21,347 nucleotides of DNA from contig JBEULP010000026.1 in the NCBI GenBank assembly GCA_041287245.1, positions 1-21,347 of the forward strand. Reading direction: 5' to 3'. The notes beneath the pieces are model-generated. The model worked only from the letters and a program-made list of their open reading frames with translations, had not been told where the DNA came from and did no database searches. The translations under genes were made by a program, and so were the position numbers. Shown in pieces: positions 16,071 through 21,347 of this stretch (position 1 is its first letter; each line of letters starts with the position of its first letter). The DNA is from Infirmifilum sp. Lineage in GTDB: Archaea; Thermoproteota; Thermoprotei; Thermofilales; Thermofilaceae.

Positions 16071-16664
16071 CTATGCCCTTCTAGCTCTTCCACGAGCAGC
16101 TTGGTAGTACGCCGCAACTAGGAGGGGAGTCAGTATTGCGCCGTTGACGGCGTCGGTTACCGCCGCCGGTAGGAATAACGCGTAAATCGCCTCCTCGAGT
16201 GTCGAGATGCCGTATCCGAAAAGGTAATCTGTGAAAGCGGCGAACCCCATCCCAACTATAGAGCCGAGGACTGCTAGCACACCACACCAGATCAAGCCAA
16301 TCTTCTGGCTTCTCCTCTCCTCCGTTAGGAAGTACACTGCAAGTCCAGGTATAAGGCCTAGGAGCCCGTTTCCCACATCCCAGTTCCACCAGAAGCCGCC
16401 CCACGAGATAGCATCGCTTATAATGTTGCCTAGAAACCCTGAGACAAAACCTACTATTGGCCCAAAGACGTAGCCGAAGAACATTGGGATAGCTACGCTC
16501 GGCCTCAAGGCTACGAGCTGCGTTCCGGGTAGCTGCAGCATATTGAAGAATACGTTCAAGGCGGCGTAAAGGGCTGTTCCCACCGCCATTGCGACAATGC
16601 TTACCGTGCTAAAACCCTTTTTACTCGTACCGGCTGCCACAATACGTCTACTCTCCAAAAGCAT
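16071..16664 (-). CDS. ECF transporter S component (UPF0397/MtsT-like)
   Basis: IVAMAVGTALYAAL, FGPIVGFVSGFLGNIISDAISWGGFWWNW motif; lies between the ATPase and ecfT genes (alternative start GTG 16640). Confidence 0.85.
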   Translation of the reverse strand: MLLESRRIVAAGTSKKGFSTVSIVAMAVGTALYAALNVFFNMLQLPGTQLVALRPSVAIPMFFGYVFGPIVGFVSGFLGNIISDAISWGGFWWNWDVGNGLLGLIPGLAVYFLTEERRSQKIGLIWCGVLAVLGSIVGMGFAAFTDYLFGYGISTLEEAIYALFLPAAVTDAVNGAILTPLLVAAYYQAARGRARRA

Positions 16665-18272
16665 TTAAGCTTTTTCCAAGAGGCTCTTCAACTCACGCTT
16701 CCTGAATACCCTCTCGCCCCCTGACAACTCCCTTCCAAGCCTGATGAGCTGCGTTTCCCGTAATCTACCCCTCCTCAAAACGTTTTCGTCGGCCAATACC
16801 TTAACCGTCTCGCCGTCCGCTATTACCTTCCCCTTGGAGAGGACAACAGTCCTGTCCGTATACTCTAGCGCTATATCCACGTCGTGCGTAATTAGAACCA
16901 TAGTCTTCACATGTTCAAGCTGCATCACAAAGTCCAGAAATCCCGTGTAACGGGCATAGTCCTGCCCCGCAGTCGGCTCGTCGAGTATAAGGATGCTGGG
17001 ATACATGGTTAGAACCGCGCCTACGCATATCCTCTTCTTCTCTCCGAAGCTCGAAGAGAAGGGAGACCTGGCGAGAAGGTGCTCAATACCACACGCCCTT
17101 GAAACTTCTTTTATCCTTGCCTCGACCTCCGCCTCGGGGACTCCGAGGTTTCTCGGGCCAAAGGCAAGTTCCTCCCAAACGGTTCTGGCGAAGAGCATGG
17201 AATAGGGATCCTGTACGACCAGTCCCACCTTACCAGCCAGCTCGTAGGGCTCTTTTTCCCTGGTGTCGACTCCGTCGATGAGCACTCTCCCCTTGGTTGG
17301 CTTAAGTAAGCCTAGAATGTGCTTAGCAAGGGTTGATTTTCCAGCCCCGTTGTTGCCGAGAAGCGCGACCTTCTCTCCTTCCCTTATCGTGAGGGAAACA
17401 CCCTCCAAGGCGTAGCTGCTGCCGTCATAGGAATAGTAAACGTCGTCAAACACCACCAACTCTCGACCCAGAACCCGCTTTTCCTCGTTACCTATGGGTA
17501 GGACTAACTCTTTACCCTTGGGAGGAGGGAATAGGAGGTTCGAAGGTACCCTTATCTTATCCTTAAACTCAACTAGACCATCGGGAGAGTCGAGCTCCCT
17601 AACTATCCTGCCGTTATCCATCACAACAATCCTGTCGACCCTAACACCCTCTAGTATCTCCTCGGTCCTGTGCTCCGCTATTACTACAGTCTTCCCGCGA
17701 CGTTTAAACTCCTCAACCTGGCTCAAAACCAGCCTAACCCCCTCGCTGTCAAGGTTAGCTAAAGGCTCATCTAAAAGTACGACCTCCGGGTCCATGGCGA
17801 GGATACCGGCGAATACCACTCGCTGCTTCTCGCCCCCGCTGAGGGCGTTGATGTCCCTGCCGCGCAGGTGCAAAGCCCCCACAGCCTCTAGCCCGGCTAT
17901 AACCCTCCTCTCAACCTCTTCCCGGGGGAGGCATAGATTAGAGGGGCCGAAGGCAACATCATCCTCCACGGTCTGGGCGACGAGCTGCCTGCTGACTTCC
18001 TGCATGACTGTACCAACCATCTTAGAAAGCAGCTGAGGAGGCGTGCTGGGGACGCTAACCCCTGCGACAGTTACGCTACCGGAGTACACACCGGCGTACC
18101 TATGAGGGATAAGCCCGTTCAAGGCTCTTATTAGCGTGGACTTCCCGCAGCCGCTGGGGCCTACGAGGAGTACAGTCTCTCCCCTGTCTACAGTGAGGTT
18201 TATGTTTTCGAGGGCTGGTTTATCGCTACCCAGGTACTTGAAGTTGAGCCCCTGAACCTCTATGTGAGACAC
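16665..18272 (-). CDS. ECF transporter fused dual ATPase (EcfA-EcfA')
   Basis: Two NBDs: GPSGCGKST/LSGGEKQ/LLDEP and GNNGAGKST/SSFGEKK/ILDEPTAGQD. Confidence 0.93.
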   Translation of the reverse strand: MSHIEVQGLNFKYLGSDKPALENINLTVDRGETVLLVGPSGCGKSTLIRALNGLIPHRYAGVYSGSVTVAGVSVPSTPPQLLSKMVGTVMQEVSRQLVAQTVEDDVAFGPSNLCLPREEVERRVIAGLEAVGALHLRGRDINALSGGEKQRVVFAGILAMDPEVVLLDEPLANLDSEGVRLVLSQVEEFKRRGKTVVIAEHRTEEILEGVRVDRIVVMDNGRIVRELDSPDGLVEFKDKIRVPSNLLFPPPKGKELVLPIGNEEKRVLGRELVVFDDVYYSYDGSSYALEGVSLTIREGEKVALLGNNGAGKSTLAKHILGLLKPTKGRVLIDGVDTREKEPYELAGKVGLVVQDPYSMLFARTVWEELAFGPRNLGVPEAEVEARIKEVSRACGIEHLLARSPFSSSFGEKKRICVGAVLTMYPSILILDEPTAGQDYARYTGFLDFVMQLEHVKTMVLITHDVDIALEYTDRTVVLSKGKVIADGETVKVLADENVLRRGRLRETQLIRLGRELSGGERVFRKRELKSLLEKA

Positions 18273-18414
18273 AATTAACCAACCACTAAAACATCATATT
18301 ATTATCGGTCGCGGCACCCCCCTCTAGCCGCTGAGACACGCGGAGTTTCTGCGAAGACCCTTTATTGCGAAACGCTACTGTCAGCTTTATAGGGAACCGG
18401 GTTAGTCATGAAGC

Positions 18415-19143
18415 ATGGTGCATATGGAAACAGAGCTCTTATACGAGTCGAACCCGTACCTCAAGACTTGCAACGCCAGGGTCTTAAGGGTCGAGCACCA
18501 CAAGGGGAGGCGCTTCTACCTAGTCATGGACAAGACCATCTTCCACCCGCTCGGCGGAGGCCAGCCCTCTGACGAGGGGAGAATAAAGGGTGAGAAAGGG
18601 GTTTTCGAGGTCAGGAAGACCCTTGTACTCGACGGGGTGCTTAAGCACTGGGGCGTTCTCACGGAGGGAAGCGTGGAGGAAGGCGAGAACGTTGTGTGCG
18701 AGCTTGACTGGGAGAAAAGGTACCTGGTAATGAGGCTCCACACAGCCGGGCACATCCTCGACTACGCGATGGCTAGGCTCTACGGAAGGCTTGTAGACAC
18801 CGTCGACGCTTTCCACGGGCCCCCCGAGGCCTACCTGGAATACAATGTTGAGAACGCTCCAGACCCCTCCGCCCTCGAGAGGCTCGCCCGGGAGGTCGTG
18901 GACGCGCGCCTAGACGTGGTTATCAAGTACGTGTCCCCAGGGGAGCTCTCTAAAAGCATCTACAACGCCCCCAACCTCTCGCGGCTTCCCCAGGCGGATA
19001 TGTACAGGATTGTCGAGATCCCCGGTGTTAACGCGATGCCCTGCACAGGCACCCACGTAGCCAACACGGCAGAAGTCGGGGATGTAAAGATACTCCGCGT
19101 TGAGAAGCACACGGGCTACAGGGTCTACTACACCGTTGCCTAG
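18415..19143 (+). CDS. alaX: Alanyl-tRNA editing protein AlaX (AlaX-M size class)
   Basis: DKTIFHPLGGGQPSD.G, MRLHTAGH (HxxxH), PCTGTHV.NT.EVG (CxxxH) zinc motifs; TTTATA at 18386-18391 fits a leaderless start. Confidence 0.93.
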   Translation: MVHMETELLYESNPYLKTCNARVLRVEHHKGRRFYLVMDKTIFHPLGGGQPSDEGRIKGEKGVFEVRKTLVLDGVLKHWGVLTEGSVEEGENVVCELDWEKRYLVMRLHTAGHILDYAMARLYGRLVDTVDAFHGPPEAYLEYNVENAPDPSALERLAREVVDARLDVVIKYVSPGELSKSIYNAPNLSRLPQADMYRIVEIPGVNAMPCTGTHVANTAEVGDVKILRVEKHTGYRVYYTVA

Positions 19144-19187
19144 CCCCGCTTAGCTCGTTAAACACAAAAAGCAATCATTACTAATGC

Positions 19188-19961
19188 GTGTTGAGCGGGT
19201 CCTCGATGAAGCCGCGAGGCCTCCTGCAGGGCAAGCCAGGTCCGCTCGAGCTAGCATCCCTTCTACTCGCAACGGCCTACACGGCGGACTCCCTCCTAAT
19301 CCTAGCCGGCTCTCGCCAGCTGGGCGAGCTCCTCCTCTTGCTCATAACTCTCGCCTCACTTGTATCCGCGTCTCGCACATGGTCAGACTCTTACAAGCTT
19401 GTCATGTCAGGCTCCCTCGTAGGCTTCACAGGAGAGTACCTGGGATTGCGCTACGGCTTCCCGTTCGGGAGGTACGAGTACCTCAAGTTCTCCAGGGCAA
19501 GCATACTCGGAGTACCAATACCCATAATCTTCGCATGGGGCATCTACCTCTACACAAGCTATCTAGCCTCGATGTACCTCTGCAGCGGGAGGCGCTGCCG
19601 CGTACTCGCAACGGGCATCATGATGGTCGCGCTAGACCTGTCCATCGACCCGGTTATGGTCAGCAGGGGTTTCTGGAGGTGGCTTCAGCCCGGCCCATGG
19701 TTTGACGTGCCCCTGGAGAACTTCCTGGGATGGTTTACAGTATCTTTAGTGGCATGCCTGTTCTACTCGGCTGTCTCGGAGAGAGAGCCTATGGGTAGGC
19801 AGAGCCCTCTACTCCTAGCGGGCTACATCGGGGGGTTTCTGCCCGTAGCGGTCATCGCTGACGCGAGTCTCCTGGCAGCCTTTATCGGGAGCTTCGCTTT
19901 AATTCTAGTTTTAGCCACCCTCTTACGCTTGGAAGGCCTTTCTCAATCGCTTAACCTGTGA
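19188..19961 (+). CDS. CruF-like carotenoid biosynthesis family membrane protein (isoprenoid hydratase-like)
   Basis: EYLGLRYGFPFGRYEY, GVPIPIIFAW, DLSIDP, FWRW, VPLENFLGWF motifs; start uncertain (19188 GTG to 19206 ATG). Confidence 0.8.
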   Translation: MLSGSSMKPRGLLQGKPGPLELASLLLATAYTADSLLILAGSRQLGELLLLLITLASLVSASRTWSDSYKLVMSGSLVGFTGEYLGLRYGFPFGRYEYLKFSRASILGVPIPIIFAWGIYLYTSYLASMYLCSGRRCRVLATGIMMVALDLSIDPVMVSRGFWRWLQPGPWFDVPLENFLGWFTVSLVACLFYSAVSEREPMGRQSPLLLAGYIGGFLPVAVIADASLLAAFIGSFALILVLATLLRLEGLSQSLNL

Positions 19962-19970
19962 AGACGCACG

Positions 19971-20807
19971 TCAGAAACCAACTTTTTCAATAGTTGTCTT
20001 CACGAGAGCTGGGTCAGCTGCTGTTATAAAATCTACGCCGTACTCCAAGGCGCTCCTCACCTCCTCCTCAGTCCTAATCCCCCAGACGTCTACCAATAAG
20101 CCCCTCCTGTGGGCCAGCGCGACCACCTGGGGGTTCAGCGCCGAAGTGTGGATGCTGACGATGTTAGCCAGGGCCATGAGAGCCCCCCGGAGGGATGCGG
20201 CGCTAGGCCTGGGAAGGGAAATCTGAGTCGTAATAGCAGGGTTCAGCTCCTTAACCTTCCTGACACTACCCCAGTGCTCGGAGTGCACCACAACCCTATC
20301 CTCCAACCCCCAGCGCTGAACCTTCCCCACAACGTCCTCCACTATGCCGGGCTGCTTCACATCGAGAAACCCGCCAACCCCCTCCTCCTCTAGGAGATCC
20401 AAGAATTCCTCTAGAATCGGGACTTTCACTCCACTATAGCCATCTGAGAACCAGCCTCCGGCGTCGAATTGGCGTAGCTCGTGGGACGTTAGCTCCCACA
20501 CAAAGCCTTTGCCGTTGGTGGTCCGGCCCACGTCCGGATCATGTATGCAGACTATCTCCCCGTCACGGGTTTTTCTCAGGTCGGTCTCGATGAAGTCTGC
20601 TCCAAGCCTCACAGCCTCCTTGAAAGCCGGAATGGTATTCTCAGGGGCACGCGTACTCGCGCCGCGGTGGGCTACAACAAACACTTTGCGAGCCACAGCC
20701 CGCTTAAGCCTGCTCAGCTTATAAAGATTTAAGGCGTAGATGGCTACTCCACGCGTTAAGGGAGCTGAGGCAAACTTATATTTCTCGGCGAAGCCGCCGA
20801 CCTCCAT
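19971..20807 (-). CDS. Glycerophosphodiester phosphodiesterase (GDPD/UgpQ family)
   Basis: VAHRGAS..APENT..AF, ETDLRKTRDG..VCIHD, RTTNGKG, GVDFITA.DP. Confidence 0.92.
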   Translation of the reverse strand: MEVGGFAEKYKFASAPLTRGVAIYALNLYKLSRLKRAVARKVFVVAHRGASTRAPENTIPAFKEAVRLGADFIETDLRKTRDGEIVCIHDPDVGRTTNGKGFVWELTSHELRQFDAGGWFSDGYSGVKVPILEEFLDLLEEEGVGGFLDVKQPGIVEDVVGKVQRWGLEDRVVVHSEHWGSVRKVKELNPAITTQISLPRPSAASLRGALMALANIVSIHTSALNPQVVALAHRRGLLVDVWGIRTEEEVRSALEYGVDFITAADPALVKTTIEKVGF

Positions 20808-20846
20808 GACTACGCACCCGTCGCCATCGTCAACCCGCCCCCCAGG

Positions 20847-20987
20847 CTAGCGCAACACCCAGCTTTCTCCTCTAAGGCCCCTGCAGAGCCTCCAAGATAT
20901 TTCTCCCGAGTCTCTCAGCGCCTCTCTAAACTCTCCTCTAACCTTAGTTGGGACGGTGATCTCGCTTCTCGGCAGGTGCGCTGTCAA
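20847..20987 (-). pseudogene. Degenerate crenarchaeal RHH antitoxin (VapB/CcdA-like) remnant
   Basis: Across two frameshifts reads ITVPTKVRGEFREALRDSG / NILEAL / RALEEKA, resembling the VxTKV..E......GINISE.LR.ALEE pattern. Confidence 0.4.
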
Positions 20988-21056
20988 ATCGGGCAGCTTT
21001 CCGCTACCGACGAAACTAGAAATAGCCTTAAATAGAGGATAAAGTAAGACGAAGTG

Positions 21057-21347
21057 ATGGTTTTATCTAGCGAGGAGAAGAAGAAGTTTCTGAAAGCCCT
21101 GGAGCAGGACGAGGAGTTCAGGTACGCCATAGCAGGTCTAGTCGGCTATGGAGAGATACTTGCACGCCTCAGAGAGCACGACAGGAAGTTCGAGGAGATT
21201 GTGAAGAGGCTTGAGGAGCACGACAGGAAGTTCGAGGAGATTGTGAAGAGGCTTGAGGAGCACGACAGGAAGTTCGAGGAGATTGTGAAGAGGCTTGAGG
21301 AGGACGACAGGAAGTTCGAGGAGATTGTGAAGAGGCTTGAGGAGCAC
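21057..21347 (+). CDS. PaREP/DUF3782-type coiled-coil protein, 3'-truncated (family members often end in a PD-(D/E)XK-like domain)
   Basis: Absent from the ORF track because no stop occurs in the window: MVLSSEEKKKFLKALEQDEEFRYAIAGLVGYGEILARLREHDRKFEEIVKRLE...; CTTAAATA TATA at 21027-21034. Confidence 0.85.
   Translation, partial: MVLSSEEKKKFLKALEQDEEFRYAIAGLVGYGEILARLREHDRKFEEIVKRLEEHDRKFEEIVKRLEEHDRKFEEIVKRLEEDDRKFEEIVKRLEEH
21174..21347 (+). repeat. In-frame 42-bp tandem repeat (4 full copies plus a partial copy, running off the window)
   Basis: Unit GAGCACGACAGGAAGTTCGAGGAGATTGTGAAGAGGCTTGAG = EHDRKFEEIVKRLE; copies start at 21174, 21216, 21258, 21300 (C>G at 21303, H>D) and 21342. Confidence 0.97.

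Noticed and set aside
18300..18380. Possible riboswitch upstream of the second ECF operon (GGGGTGCC, CTGAGA)
   Set aside because: The two TPP-like words lie on opposite strands and no consistent fold was found.
24..20732. Many antisense or nested ORFs in the track (e.g. 24-458, 976-1449, 6905-7423, 13072-13608, 17494-18036, 19184-19705)
   Set aside because: They overlap well-supported genes and carry no family motifs; expected shadows of GC-rich coding DNA.
21174..21347. CRISPR array
   Set aside because: The repeats are contiguous with no unique spacers and are in frame within a coding sequence.
21138..21347. Minus-strand 69-aa repeat ORF from the track
   Set aside because: Antisense shadow of the plus-strand coiled-coil gene, which has a TATA box, an ATG and a recognisable N-terminus.

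Overview
Archaeal genomic DNA, most consistent with a Thermoproteales/Thermofilum-like crenarchaeote. This is an inference from TATA boxes ~25-30 bp upstream of start codons, oligo-T terminators, a PaREP-type coiled-coil gene and the abundance of ECF transporters. The window holds two ECF transporter operons, marC, a conserved-looking hypothetical, a LEA_2/Ig-like membrane protein, a vapBC pair, a NiaP-like MFS, a trkA-mscS-APC cluster, a dsrE-tusA-sqr-DUF1641 sulfur operon, a split-barrel protein, alaX, a CruF-like protein, a GDPD, and a truncated coiled-coil gene with 42-bp tandem repeats. The most interesting unannotated signal is a ~170-nt highly structured intergenic element (3963-4137) that resembles the 3' end/omegaRNA of crenarchaeal IS200/IS605 tnpB elements but has no tnpB ORF in the window. 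Two decayed genes missing from the ORF track (a frameshifted Nudix box and an antitoxin remnant) were also found. All family calls come from motif recognition by eye; no database searches were run.
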